Assembly (NCBI GenBank): GCA_963555755.3
Contig: OY820905.2
Coordinates: forward strand, 288,001 to 352,000
Reading direction: 5' to 3'
DNA: 64,000 nucleotides
DNA from: Nitrospirales bacterium
GTDB lineage: Bacteria; Nitrospirota; Nitrospiria; Nitrospirales; UBA8639
A program made the position numbers and the translations under genes. The first letter of the stretch is position 1, and every line of letters begins with the position of its first letter. Under the pieces are notes generated by a model, which did no database searches, was not told the DNA's origin, and saw nothing but the letters and a program-made list of their open reading frames with translations. This document shows, one piece after another, positions 21,439 through 32,566 of the stretch.

Positions 21439-21921
21439 ATGAGAACTACAGCGAAGAAAGGTCGATTCTTCCGGTTGGAAGAGGCAGACACAATCGCTCT
21501 GCTTCGCGAGCACAGTCTGTTCGACGAAGACGGCGATCTCATCCGCGTAGAGTACGCGAACCCAAAGCGGGAGTTCTCTACCAGGCACGCCGTTTTGGAA
21601 CTGCGCCCACGCTCGCGGATTATGTTCTACTCTTTAGGTGAAGACACAGCACGCGAAGCGGCCATTGCGACCCTGCAGAAGGCCGTTGCCATTTCGAAGG
21701 ACCTCAATCGACGACCGCTTCCGGTCCGAGGAAACTCGGATGCGACCGTGGTCATCTACAGGGAGAAGCTCGGTGGCCTCCGTGTTGTCGAGCGCCGCAC
21801 CTTCTACCAGCAGCGTAAGTACCGAGGGGACGCAAAGTTCTCGAACGCCTTCCGCGCACGTAAGATCCGAGTAGAAGAGAAGGACATGAATCGTGCAACC
21901 TACCGAAGTTCAAGCAGGTGA
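21439..21921 (+). CDS. Cassette hypothetical protein
   Basis: ATG just after the recombination point. Confidence 0.65.
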   Translation: MRTTAKKGRFFRLEEADTIALLREHSLFDEDGDLIRVEYANPKREFSTRHAVLELRPRSRIMFYSLGEDTAREAAIATLQKAVAISKDLNRRPLPVRGNSDATVVIYREKLGGLRVVERRTFYQQRKYRGDAKFSNAFRARKIRVEEKDMNRATYRSSSR

Positions 21922-22177
21922 TAACTTGCCATTAGAGCCTCCTGATAAAGTTACTATCCTATGGCTACTTAAGCATGTGCCAGTAACGTTATGTGTGGCG
22001 TTTTTCACCCTATTATTGGCGTCATTTAGTTTTGGTGTTAAAACGAGCCATATTCTCCTGGTACGCGATCTATATGGATTAAAAAAGACGCAGTCTTTAG
22101 AAGAAAATGCGCCATCTAAAAGTAAACCTAACAAGCCCATCCAGCAGACGCCCAAAAGTGACGCTGCTGATGGGTAA
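21893..22177 (+). CDS. Small cassette membrane protein
   Basis: One hydrophobic segment; runs into attC. Confidence 0.45.
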   Translation: MQPTEVQAGDNLPLEPPDKVTILWLLKHVPVTLCVAFFTLLLASFSFGVKTSHILLVRDLYGLKKTQSLEENAPSKSKPNKPIQQTPKSDAADG

Positions 22178-22185
22178 CGTTATGT
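22126..22185 (+). other. attC site
   Basis: ACCTAAC...GTTATGT imperfect palindrome; ACCTAAC complements GTTAGGT at 21410. Confidence 0.88.
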
Positions 22186-22209
22186 GCTTAGTAATGGAGG
22201 TGATGAGTT

Positions 22210-22398
22210 ATGAGTACTGCTAAAGAAGAGGTAAAAGCACTTCTGGATAAGCTTCCTGACGATTGTTCACTGGAAGATGTCCAGTATCATCTTTACGTTG
22301 TTGAAAAAATCCACAGAGGAATCGAGCGTGCCGATAAGGAAGGGGTGCTCAGCCAGGACGAGGTAGAAAGGAAGCTTAATACATGGGCCTCGAAGTAA
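22210..22398 (+). CDS. Putative antitoxin
   Basis: 62-aa acidic ORF overlapping a RelE/ParE gene. Confidence 0.75.
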   Translation: MSTAKEEVKALLDKLPDDCSLEDVQYHLYVVEKIHRGIERADKEGVLSQDEVERKLNTWASK

Positions 22399-22697
22399 AG
22401 TGGTCACCGGAGGCGGCAGAGGACCTCGAATCGATCGCGGAGTATATCGCCAGAGATTCAGAGCATTATGCCAGAGCAGTTGTAACAGAAATATTATCGA
22501 TTTCTCGTAATGTCGGTGAATTCCCTTTGATCGGTCGTGTTGTGCCGGAAGTTGGAGATGGGACGATAAGGGAAAGGTTCGTGTACAGCTACCGCTTGGT
22601 ATATCGGATCGAGTCTGAAAGAATCCTGGTTGTAGCAGTAATCCACGGCAAGCGGTTGCGAGAAAATGTCGCAGAGCGACTTGAAGACAGCACATAA
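22383..22697 (+). CDS. RelE/ParE-family toxin
   Basis: WSPEAAEDLESIAEYIA..FP.IGR..RE....YRLVY....I.V.AVIHGKR. Confidence 0.88.
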   Translation: MGLEVKWSPEAAEDLESIAEYIARDSEHYARAVVTEILSISRNVGEFPLIGRVVPEVGDGTIRERFVYSYRLVYRIESERILVVAVIHGKRLRENVAERLEDST

Positions 22698-22762
22698 CAA
22701 GCCCATCAAGCCGACGCTCATTCGCAGCGCTTCGTTCGCGCGGCTTATAGGCGACGTTAGGC
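22692..22762 (+). other. attC site
   Basis: ACATAAC...GTTAGGC; R'' complements GTTATGT at 22179. Confidence 0.88.
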
Positions 22763-23102
22763 GCCAGACATATATGTAAGGAGAAAATATGGATATATTA
22801 GGTATTGTTGGTATCGCAGTTGGCGTTGCAGGTCTTATATTTGGACTGGTTGAACACTCACGAAGAGTTAAGCTTGACGTTGCACTTCGCACACAATTTT
22901 CCACATCATTAAATCGAGTTCGGGCATTGGTAACCTACAATGATGACATAGTACAACTTACTGAAGGCCTGGATTCTCCGAAAATCACAAAGTGGGTGTG
23001 GTCAACTAACAAAGGTCTTTCTGATCTCTATGTATCAATGGTTGGTTACTATATCGCCAGCCATCCCTCATTCACATATGATGATATTAAGAATTGTAGT
23101 AA

Positions 23103-24551
23103 CTACTCAGGTGTGATGATCTTTGTAGTGAATTGTGCAGGCATAAAGGGGTGGCCGATCATGGCTTGTGAAATGGCTTGCAGCATGTTGCCGCCCTGCT
23201 TTCTCGCGGTAGAAAGGTAGCTTCGTATGCGGGCGAACTGCCTCGCGCCTTGAAGCGTTCGAAAACACCCGGATATTTTGAGGCGGAGCTTGATCATGCG
23301 GATATCCTGTTCTGCCAGATTATTAGTGAAGGGAACCTGTCTGTCATGGAGGAACGCGAGCACGGAGGCTTCATGCTCGCCAAGACGGGTGAGGAGATTT
23401 TGGGCCTTGGTCTTTTTGGGCCGGCCTCGTGACTTTTTCTGTGGCGGTGCCGGAAGGGGGTTGGCCTGCCATCCGAGGGTGAGAAGATCCCTGTATTGTT
23501 TCAGCCAGGGGGTTTTCTGTTCTTCCGTTAACTGTGCGAGTTGCTTGCTGACAAACACGTTCATCGTCAGCAACAGGTCAAACATGTGTTTGGCCCATGG
23601 TTGTTCGTGCTGCTCGAACAGGCACGTGAGTTCCCGCAAATGATGGGCGTTACAGAGGCCGTGGGCACAGTCATAGGAGAGATAGGGTTTCCAGAAATCG
23701 TGGATCAGGCGGCCAGCAAAATCCGGGAGGATCTGGAACTGCTCGATCGCCTCTCTTCCCCGTTTGGCGTGCACACCGTAAAAGGTCAACGTGGCCGTGC
23801 TGGCACTGTGGAGCCAGTGGAGCGTCCCGGCCGTGCGGACGCCGCTTTCATCGGCATGGAGGATGGGACTCTTGCCGAGCGCTTCTTTGACCGCAGTCTC
23901 GAACGGCGCGAGGTGCTCATAACTTCGGCGGGAGGCCTCGTCAATGGTGGCGTCGCTGACCGAGGCGCCATACAGATCAGCCATCATCTGGCTGACACGG
24001 CGTAAGGGGATCAACTGTTGGTTCTGGAGGTAGACCAGGAGGCTGCGAAATCTGGGACCGTACTGTGCCGGCGCAGGCAGGTCATCAGGAAATGACGCCG
24101 TGACCGAGCGGCCGCATTGGGGGCAGGTTTTGATTGCTCCCCGATATTCGGTGACGTCGAGTTTTGGCTCCGGCAGTTCAAAGAGCTGCCGGCGTTCATA
24201 GCCGGTGACCGTCTCGTTGGTGAGGTCGGCATGGCAGGAACAGGAGTGAACAGGCAGGTGGACCAGGTGGTCTGGGGTTTCCACCTGTTTTAACGTCTGG
24301 CCGGCATGTCCCTGTTGGCCGCCCGGCTTTTTCCCGGAAGGTATGCGCAGGCTCTTGGTTCGGGGCTTGGCCGGTCCATCGGACGAGGGCGGTTTGCTGC
24401 TGTTGCGACTGTGTTGGTCGAGCCGCTGTGCCAGTTCGGTGACATGCGTGGTCAGCGCCTGCCCCTGTTCCTGCAGCGCCAGGATCAGTTCGACGAGCGC
24501 CTCGGGGTTGCTCTTGGCCAGGATGAGGAGTGCGTCGCGGGTGAAGGTCAT
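23103..24551 (-). CDS. IS66 transposase
   Basis: NSSKPPSSD, Zn ribbon, HADESG, CNAHHLREL, TNNLAEQDIR. Confidence 0.93.
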   Translation of the reverse strand: MTFTRDALLILAKSNPEALVELILALQEQGQALTTHVTELAQRLDQHSRNSSKPPSSDGPAKPRTKSLRIPSGKKPGGQQGHAGQTLKQVETPDHLVHLPVHSCSCHADLTNETVTGYERRQLFELPEPKLDVTEYRGAIKTCPQCGRSVTASFPDDLPAPAQYGPRFRSLLVYLQNQQLIPLRRVSQMMADLYGASVSDATIDEASRRSYEHLAPFETAVKEALGKSPILHADESGVRTAGTLHWLHSASTATLTFYGVHAKRGREAIEQFQILPDFAGRLIHDFWKPYLSYDCAHGLCNAHHLRELTCLFEQHEQPWAKHMFDLLLTMNVFVSKQLAQLTEEQKTPWLKQYRDLLTLGWQANPLPAPPQKKSRGRPKKTKAQNLLTRLGEHEASVLAFLHDRQVPFTNNLAEQDIRMIKLRLKISGCFRTLQGARQFARIRSYLSTARKQGGNMLQAISQAMIGHPFMPAQFTTKIITPE

Positions 24552-25435
24552 GGCTTGCTCCGGCAGAGGGCCTGTCGGAAGTGGCGGATGAGGGGATAGA
24601 GATAAATTGCCTTCACCGGCACGCGCAGAGCCTTGTCACGGTCCTGCCGGGACCGGCCTTTGGTCTGCCCGACATAGAGCCAGTTCGCGGCCTGATAGCA
24701 GATACCTTTGAAGCGGTCTCGCTCCACAAAGGTCTCCACCAAGTGGACGGGATGGCCGTATTTCTCGATCCAGTCCTGCCGGAGACGTCTCATGACCCGG
24801 CCCAGGAGATGGCTGGCCAGATGCGGCACACGCACCCAGGGCAGGATGAGAAAGCGGGTATTGTTGGTCATGAAGTTGAGGTTGGCGGCTCGGGTGTCCG
24901 GCTCCCAGCCGATAAAGGTGTCGCGCGGGGTGGTTTTCCAGGCGGCGGAACCGAAGAGGAGGCAGGCCAGATCCTGCCCGGAGCGATCCCGCACCAGGTA
25001 CTTGAGATGTTCACCGACCGTTCGGGTGAACCCGAGGTAGTGATGGTGGCTCAGGTAATATCCCACACAACTGGCTTCGTAGGAATGTGAGGTTGGAATA
25101 TGAATGGACAGGGGCGTCAGGGTCTTGAGAGCTGCGTCGATGTGCGGGGCTTCGGGAGGCATAAACCCCTTTCGGAAAGGGGGGAAGATGTTGCGTCGAG
25201 AGGCGACACGAATCGGGGGCAGCTTCAGGAGCCCGCGATGTTCGAGTTTGTCGATCATGCTGCGGGCGGCAAAGGTTTTCAGTTGTCCGGACGGGGTCTG
25301 CCAGCCCCAGTGCCGACAAATATGCTGGGTTATTTTATGGCGGCTCCAGTCAGGGTGCCGGCAAACCAGATGGCGTAACCAGCACAGATCAGATTGGGGG
25401 AGGCGACGACCTTGACATGTAATCGCTTCATTCAT
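24548..25435 (-). CDS. DUF4338 (DruA-like) protein
   Basis: HHYLG, RD.FIGW, NNTRFLILPW, LASH.L, ETFV...RF.G.CY.AANW. Confidence 0.85.
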   Translation of the reverse strand: MNEAITCQGRRLPQSDLCWLRHLVCRHPDWSRHKITQHICRHWGWQTPSGQLKTFAARSMIDKLEHRGLLKLPPIRVASRRNIFPPFRKGFMPPEAPHIDAALKTLTPLSIHIPTSHSYEASCVGYYLSHHHYLGFTRTVGEHLKYLVRDRSGQDLACLLFGSAAWKTTPRDTFIGWEPDTRAANLNFMTNNTRFLILPWVRVPHLASHLLGRVMRRLRQDWIEKYGHPVHLVETFVERDRFKGICYQAANWLYVGQTKGRSRQDRDKALRVPVKAIYLYPLIRHFRQALCRSKP

Positions 25436-25664
25436 GGCCCCGATTATGCCATGGGTGGAGCCGTTAGTCCAGAAAAAAATCAGGCTATAGAAAATTGACC
25501 TGAGTAGTTACGAATTGTATTGAAAGTGGAATTATTACTACTGCTTGGGAAGAACAAAACTGGAGAGAACATGTTGCAGTACGCAAAGAAAATAAAAGCA
25601 CGGCACCACCAGAAGCCATAATTAAGGACAACTCTATTCGGAGATATATAGTATGAATTTATAT

Positions 25665-26993
25665 GGTTCCTCGTCATATCATGTGGAATTGAAGAGGAAA
25701 CGTATAGGCGCTGCGATCATGTAAATCATGGTCATAAAGGTCTGGGGGTTTCGATAGCCTCGTGCTCTTGAGCGAGCAGCCTGAAATAACGAATTCAGCC
25801 CTTCCATACGGGCATTGGAGTAGGTTGACGTCCAACGCTGGAGAATCCGTTGGGTGTGGGTTTGCAGTGTGTTCAACGCTTTTCTGATGGCTTCGAGTTC
25901 TGGGGCATCGCTCAGCATGGAGTGGGCGTGATGAAGAAAGTGTGTCAGTCGCCACCGAGCGGCACGGAGTGTTTGAGCCTGCCTGACCCATCGCACCTTT
26001 TCCTTGATCCGCCAGGCAATGGTGGTCAGAAAGTCTCCGTCCTCCAATTCCTGCAAAGCCAGCTTCTGTTTTTCCGTTAACCCCTTGCCTTTCAAGACCG
26101 CCCACCGCGTGGCTTGGGGGAGTTTGGTCTGTTGCTGCTCACGCTTGCGCACCGCCTCGACGGCTTGAGTAAACAGTTGCACCACATGGAACCAATCCAC
26201 TGTGACAGTGGCTTGCTCAAACTCTTCTTCGACCGCGGCCCAAAAAGCCGGCGACATATCACACACGACTTCCAGCACGTTCTCCGCACGGCCGCCATGC
26301 GCCTTCAGCCAGGCCTTGAAATCCTTCACGGTCTGCTTGCCCTTGCCGGGCGTGGCAAACACAACAGGCTGCGTCCGGCGCTTCATGTCCACAAACACGG
26401 TGACATAGTTGTGGCCTCGCTTGGAGGCGGTTTCATCAAACCCAAAGGCTTCCAATTCCCGCAAGTCCAGTGCTTTCAGCGCTTGGCCAACGTAGTGCTG
26501 AATGATGCGCCACAATCGCTTGTCCCTCTCGCCCACCAGCCGGGCCGTGGCCGCAACAGGCATCTCCCGAACCAGACTCATCACCACCTGTTCAAACAGT
26601 AAGGTGAACCGACTCCCTTCACGCGCCCACGGAACTTCAATCCACTTGACCCCGTGCTCGGGGCACCGGATGCGGGGCCCCTTGGCGGTCAGCAGACAGT
26701 GGTGCTGAAAGAAGTTCAGGTGTCGCCAACGAAGCTCTTTGAAGTCATGCGCTTTACACTCCTTGCCGCACTCAGGACAGGGAAACAGAGAACCCCGATC
26801 CGAGGCCAGCTCAAGGTGTAACTCATGCGGGTTCTTCTCGGTATCCAGATGTTGAGAAACCACTTCCCACGGCGCACTCATCCCCAGCCCTAAAGAAAAT
26901 ATCTCACGTTCGTCCATCATGATCGCCCCCTTTTATTGGGGACGAATTAAGCCACATCAAACCAATTAATTCCACACCTCATGACGAAGAACC
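25665..26993 (-). mobile_element. ISL3-family IS; transposase 25679-26920
   Basis: TIR GGTTC; TSD ATTTATAT; FDET..RGHNY, CDMS, DWFHVV, NARMEGLN. Confidence 0.92.
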
Positions 26994-27008
26994 ATTTATA
27001 TTACGTAT

Positions 27009-28881
27009 CAGTAGTGTCCCAACGTTTGCTGTCTGGATCGATCTAAGTTATTGATGAAGCAGGCATTAATCATGATTTTTCCTGGTCTCGATTTGAACTG
27101 CACGAACTGGTTTTGCCACCCTGCGAGGAATCTTTTTGCAGGAGGGTTGAATGAACCAAGGCCAGTTGGTATTTGCACAATTGACGCAACATCTGCCGCT
27201 CACGACATTCCGACGCTGTGTGGCACGGTACCAAGGGAGCTATTGTCAAATCTAGTGTCTGAAGCGTTACTCACGCGGCGACCGGGTCCGTGGTTGTCTG
27301 TTCGATTCCATCGATAAATTGAATGTCCGCAACGACTTTGGGCCACTCTCGGAATCCTCGCAAGCGCCTCCATGTTTTCTCTGCGCATTGACCTAACTTG
27401 AACATCCTGTGCAATATGCCATCTCGCGTGAGACATCCCTTTGTGCGGATCGTCCGATGCCGAATCGTTCCAAAGGTCGATTCGATGGGATTGGTGGTCC
27501 GGAGACTCGGCCAATGGGCAGCCGGAAACGTATAGAACATCAGGAGCTCCTCTCGATCTTTCTGCAAACAGGCTGTGGCCTTGGGATATTTGAGCGCATA
27601 GGTGTTGAGGAATACATCAACGGCTTGCTCCGCCAACCCTTTGGTCTCAGACCGCCAGATGTCTTGTACGGCCTGCTTGGCTTTGGATTGCACACTTTGG
27701 GGCAGCGCATTTAAGACATTCTGTGTCTTGTGGCACCAACACCGTTGATGCCGCGTCACCGGGAAGATTTCTTCCAGGGCCGCCCAGAAGCCGAGGGCGC
27801 CATCCCCAACAGCCAAGGCGGGCGCGTTCAGCCCGCGGGCTTTCAGATGCCACAGGACTTCCCGCCAACTTTGGGTGGACTCACGAATCCCGTCTTCCAT
27901 CGCTAAGAGATGTTTCTCCCCGGAGGCATTCATGCCGATCACGACCAATGCACCTAAGCGCTGCTCTTCAGCTCGTACGCCACTCTAGATCCCATCGACC
28001 CAGATATAGACCCACTGGTCGGCATCGAGTCGACGTTGTCGCCAGAGGGTATACTCCTTCCGCCAGATCTGCTTGAGCCGAGCCACCGTACTGGCGGACA
28101 GCCCCTTGGCCTCTGGGCCCACGAGGACTTCCAGAGCCGGTTGCCTCTCTCCCGTCGAGATGCCTTTTACGTACAGCCATGGGATCGCCGCTTCCAAGCT
28201 AGCCGACTTGCGCACATACGGGGGGACCAGCGCCGAGTGAAACGTGACCGGTTTGCCCTGGCGACTCCGTACTTTTGGGACTTGTACGGTCACCGGCCCA
28301 ATGCCCGTCTGAATGTCGCGCGTCGGATGATGGCCGCTGAGGACAACCCTCGCATGCCCCTGTTCCGTTGACTGGTCTGCATAGGTCGCCAAGAGCTCGG
28401 CCACCTCTGCTTTCAGGGCTTGGGCAAGAAGCTTCTGCGCCCCTGTTCGAATCAACTCCGTCAGCGAATCGGTCCTTCCTCGATCTTCTTCCTCTGATTT
28501 GGTACATTCCTGCATCGTGGCGTCTCTCCTTTGTGGTTGTGGTGGATGTCTCGCAACACCCATTTCAACCCGAGACGCCGCGTGTTTTCAACTGATCCTA
28601 GACACTACTTTCAAGTATAACTCTACCAAGGCGAGCACAAGGTGAAAGCGTTTTCGTGTCTGGACCAATTTTTTTGTATGGCCTTTGCACAGCTGACCTT
28701 TCGCGAGAGCCTACGCGACATCGAAGCCTGTCTGCGTGCCCAGCGCTCGAAGTTGTACCACCTAGGCATTCGCGCCGTCGTGTCGCGCAATACCTTGGCC
28801 AATGCCAACGCTGTGCGAGACTGGCGCATCTATGCCGACTTTGCGCAAAGTCTGATGGGGATCGCTCGACAGTTGTACATA
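27009..28881 (+). mobile_element. Truncated IS4-family element (DUF4372 N-terminus from 27151), interrupted by IS256 and cut by IS3
   Basis: CAGTAGTGTCC end; MNQGQLVFAQL..RYQG joins EHKVKAFSCLDQF..RESLRDIE. Confidence 0.8.
27237..28623 (-). mobile_element. IS256-family element; transposase broken by an in-frame TAG at 27985-27987
   Basis: TSD TACCAAGG; VDGI*, GDGALGFW, QRCWCHK, RTTNPIES. Confidence 0.88.
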
Positions 28882-30997
28882 GAGGTGGTCCTAGGAATTC
28901 GGACAGGGTTTTAGGCTACAATTGATGACCAAAGGAGGGTCATGGATTATGAGTCGAACCCGAAAGAATCATCCGGCCAATTTTAAGGCCAAGGTTGCGT
29001 TGTCCGCGCTCCGAGAGGATGCGCCGCTATCAGAGCTGGCTGTAAAATATGGCGTGCATGCACCGTCATTCATCGCTGGAAACGTGAAGCCCTGGCCTCA
29101 ATGGCAGCCGGGTTTTCAGGAACGCTTGCGAAGAATCACACCGATCAGGAGGCCCACATCCATGAGCTGCACGCCAAAATTGGCCAACTGAGTGTGGAAC
29201 GGGATTTTTTAGTCGGTGCCTCCAACCGGTTGGGGTCAGGAGGCGTCAAGAAATGGTAGAACCATCCAATAAGCAGCTGAGCCTCAAGACGCAATGTCAG
29301 TTGCTCTCCATCAGCCGCTCGGGCTGGTATTATGATCCCCAAGGGGAATCCCCGCTGAATCTCAAGCTCATGCGGCTAATCGATGAGCAATTTTTAACCA
29401 CGCCCTATTATGGCAGCCGTCAGATGGCACGCTGGTTACGGCGCCAGGGGTATGGCGTGGGGCGTCACCGGGTGCGGCGCTTGATGGCGTTGATGGGCGT
29501 GCACGCGATTTATCAGGAACCGCGCACGAGTGCGCCTCACCCGCAGCATCGGATCTATCCCTACCTCTTGCGGAATCTGGCTATCACCCGGGCCAATCAG
29601 CTCTGGTGCACAGATATCACCTACAGTGCGCCCAGCCTTCGGAGGTGTCATGGAGGACACTGCCGGAGCTTGAGCATGTTTGGAATGTAGAAGGACTGCC
29701 TATGGAAGGATGAGTCCGATACCCGCTTTTCGCTACGGAAAAGCGAGAGCCGAAACGGCGGTGACCTGCTATGCACTGGCAGGGTGACGGAGCCCGTGGG
29801 AAACGGGGCGTGAGGCGAAGTCGTTACGCCAAGATGCGTCTCTAGGCTGAGTGCGGGAAGGTTGAGGGACACGAACCGGTTCATGCGCGTCTGTGGGTTG
29901 AAATGTCACCACCTCCTACACGGCTTAATAGGGGGTTCACGGACAGATATCGGGTACAGGTATGAGCTGATATCGGGTGGCGGTGCGAAATGTAAGCGTG
30001 CCGCCACTGAGCAGCGTGGAGTGCGTAGCTAGCACGCGGCGTCTGTGACGACTTGCGGCAAGCAAGGAGAAAGATTGCGACCGGCAACCTCCCCCGCATG
30101 GTGGAGTCCAACATGTGAACTGGGGAAGGCGATGAAGGGGATGCCAAGGGAGTGCGATCCCGATGCCCCCATCGCTGGCGGAGCTCCCGTAGTAGTCGGA
30201 GACAGGGAAACCCTGTTACAGGGCGAAGGGGAGCAGCTCAAGGAGCTTGCGGGGCAGATTAACTGCCGGGAGAGAGGTGAAGACCTTTGAGAATCAGTGA
30301 AATGCAACGCAAGCTGGCGACGTGGTCGGCCGAGAGGTCGCCATGGCCATGACTCATGCTTGAGTGGAGAGCCGTATGCGCTGAGAGGCGCACGTACGGT
30401 TCGGGGAGGAGAAGCGGGGAAATAGCATATGACTACGCCCTGCTTCTTACTCTACTCCCGATCAAGCGAGGATTTTTATATCTGGTGGCGATTATGGATT
30501 GGCAGAGTCGCAAAGTGCTCTCCTGGCGCCTGTCCAATACGATGGATACGCATTTCTGCGTGGAAGCGCTGGAGGAGGCGCTGGCCTTGTATGGCGTGCC
30601 GGAAATATTCAACACGGATCAAGGCTCGCAATTTACGTCGTGTGAATTCACCTCGGTGCTGAAAGAACACGGGATCAACATTTCCATGGATGGAAAAGGT
30701 CGGTGGATGGATAACGTGTATATTGAACGGCTTTGGCGGAGCCTGAAATATGAATGTGTGTATCTGCATGCCTTTGAGAACGGCTCTCAGGCTCGTCACC
30801 AGATTGGCGCATGGCTCAGCCATTACAACCAAACACGGCCTCACTCGACTTTCGATGGACAAACCCCCGATGAGGTCTATAATCTCTCTCATCTTCAGAG
30901 GCCCGACCCTGGAGAGAAGAAGCAAGCGGCATAACCTCAACCATCAAGTTGTAGCTTAACGTTGCCGCAAACCTGTCCAACAAAGTGGGACCACCTC
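28882..30997 (+). mobile_element. IS3-family element (orfA frameshifted near 29060; orfB split by intron)
   Basis: IRs GAGGTGGTCC..GGACAGG; YGSRQM, WCTDITY|IP, NTDQGSQF, DN.YIERLWRSLKYE. Confidence 0.88.
29626..30455 (+). ncRNA. ORF-less group II intron (830 nt)
   Basis: 5' GTGCG; domain V GAGCCGTATGCG-CTGAGAGG-CGCACGTACGGTTC (~30369-30403); domain VI ending AC; exon join restores DITYIP. Confidence 0.92.
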
Positions 30998-31881
30998 GGT
31001 TCATCATTTACAACAAGCGTCAACCAGCCGAGATGAGTGAAGCCGAGATCGGCCAGTTCCTTTCAAGCCTGGTGTGTGAAGGGCTCGTCAGTGCCTCGAC
31101 TCAGAACCAAGCTTTGAACGCCCTGTTGTTTCTGTACCGGGAAGTTCTCGGTAAGAATATCAAGTACGTGAACGGGGTTGTCCGTGCCAAAAAGCCAAGA
31201 AGGTTGCCCATAGTTCTGACAACAGAGGAAGTCAAAAGAGTGCTTCGTGGCTTAAGCGGCACGCCATGGTTGATGGACCTGCTCATCTATGGAGGGGGAT
31301 TGCGTTTGATGGAGTGCTGCCGTCTGCGAGTCAAAGATCTTGACTTTGCGCAGAATCAGGTTGTCGTGCGGAGTGGCAAGGGGAATAAGGATCGCTACAC
31401 CACACTTTCAACTGCCATCAAGGAACCTCTCCTTCGACACCTCCAAGGGGTCAAGGGGCAACATCAGACTGATCTCAGGAAAGGTCTGGGGAGTGTCGCC
31501 TTACCCCATGCCTTTGAGCGGAAATATCCCAATGCCGGGAAGGAGTGGGGGTGGCAATGGGTGTTCCCGGCCACAAGCCACTACACCGACAGAATCACTG
31601 GCGTCAAGCGCAGGCATCATCTGCATGAGTCCGTTTTGCAACGAACCTTCAAGGAAGCGAGACTCAAAGCCGGGATCGCCAAATCGGCAAGTTGTCATAC
31701 GCTTCGCCACGCCTTTGCGACCCACCTCTTGGGGGACGGGTATGATATTCGGACGGTCCAAGAGTTGCTGGGTCACAAAGATGTGAGCACAACGATGATC
31801 TACACCCATGTGTTGAACCGAGGCGGGAAGGGAGTCCACAGTCCGACCGATCGACTCGGATTTGGCCTGGAGAACCTTTGA
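30998..31881 (+). pseudogene. intI: Integron integrase, 5'-truncated
   Basis: GLRLME, GKGNKDR, IntI patch ALPHAFERKYPNAGKEWGWQWVFPA, HTLRH, LGH..V.TT.IYTH. Confidence 0.92.
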
Positions 31882-32035
31882 GGGAAACCGGAATAGGCTG
31901 ACAATCCCTGCAGTGTTTGTCGGGTTCCCAAGAGTGGTAAATTTCTTGCTAAGTGTTGGAAAAGCTTATAGGATTTCCGAAATTCCAAAACGTACTGAGT
32001 CGGGATAGGCTGACCGAGCTACTTAATAGTTAGCT
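31879..32035 (+). promoter_or_regulatory. Promoter+attI downstream of the intI 3' end
   Basis: TTGCTA-17-TAGGAT (31946-31974); ATAGGCTGAC direct repeats; GTTAGCT at 32029. Confidence 0.78.
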
Positions 32036-32048
32036 GGACAAGAAATAG

Positions 32049-32435
32049 ATGACGCTGAAACGAAAGCGTAGGACCGGCTTACAGAAGAAGGCAAAGCGCG
32101 GCTTTCGAGGCCATCCGATCGCCACGGTCGCCTTCTACGGACCCGATGCCGATCGCGCCAGCAAGGTCGCCGTTGGAATAGTTGTGGACGAATCCGACGA
32201 AGTGGTCGACATGAAGCGTTGGCTTTCGGACGACGTGGACGTGCGAGCGGATCCTTCGATCGGCGAGTCGATCGAGGAATTCATCCGGGGGCACGGAGTT
32301 CGTAGTGTGGTAATGACCGATCGCATAATCGGTTGTCCGCACGAGGAGGGACCCGCTTATCCAAAGGGACAAACCTGTCCAAAGTGCCCGTACTGGGCAG
32401 ATCGTGACCGTTTCTCTGGCGAGCGAATAGAATAA
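32049..32435 (+). CDS. Cassette hypothetical protein with Cys/His cluster
   Basis: GCPHEEG..CPKCPYW. Confidence 0.75.
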   Translation: MTLKRKRRTGLQKKAKRGFRGHPIATVAFYGPDADRASKVAVGIVVDESDEVVDMKRWLSDDVDVRADPSIGESIEEFIRGHGVRSVVMTDRIIGCPHEEGPAYPKGQTCPKCPYWADRDRFSGERIE

Positions 32436-32448
32436 TGCTGAGCACGCC

Positions 32449-32529
32449 AGCTAACAATCCGTTGAAGCTGTCGGTCACGCTCCTTGCTTGCGCAAGGGTC
32501 GTGCCCGCAGCTTAACGACAACGTTAGGC
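32449..32529 (+). other. attC site
   Basis: AGCTAAC...GTTAGGC. Confidence 0.88.
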
Positions 32530-32566
32530 GCTAAAAAAGCCAACATAAGTTGGCAAAGGACTTTTC

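Larger units (their letters stand above)
23099..25511 (-). mobile_element. IS66-family element with DUF4338 gene, copy 1 (2413 bp)
   Basis: TIR GTAACTACTCAGG; 8-bp TSD GAATTGTA. Confidence 0.93.
22789..25656 (+). pseudogene. Cassette gene split by IS66
   Basis: Removing the IS and one TSD restores the frame (KNC-IESGIITT..) to TGA 25654-25656. Confidence 0.8.

Noticed and set aside
24548..25435. Complete Druantia system
   Set aside because: No DruE helicase or other dru genes; the gene lies inside IS ends
30356..30455. ORF-track N-terminus MLEWRAVCAERR
   Set aside because: It is intron domain V/VI read in frame with the IS3 3' exon
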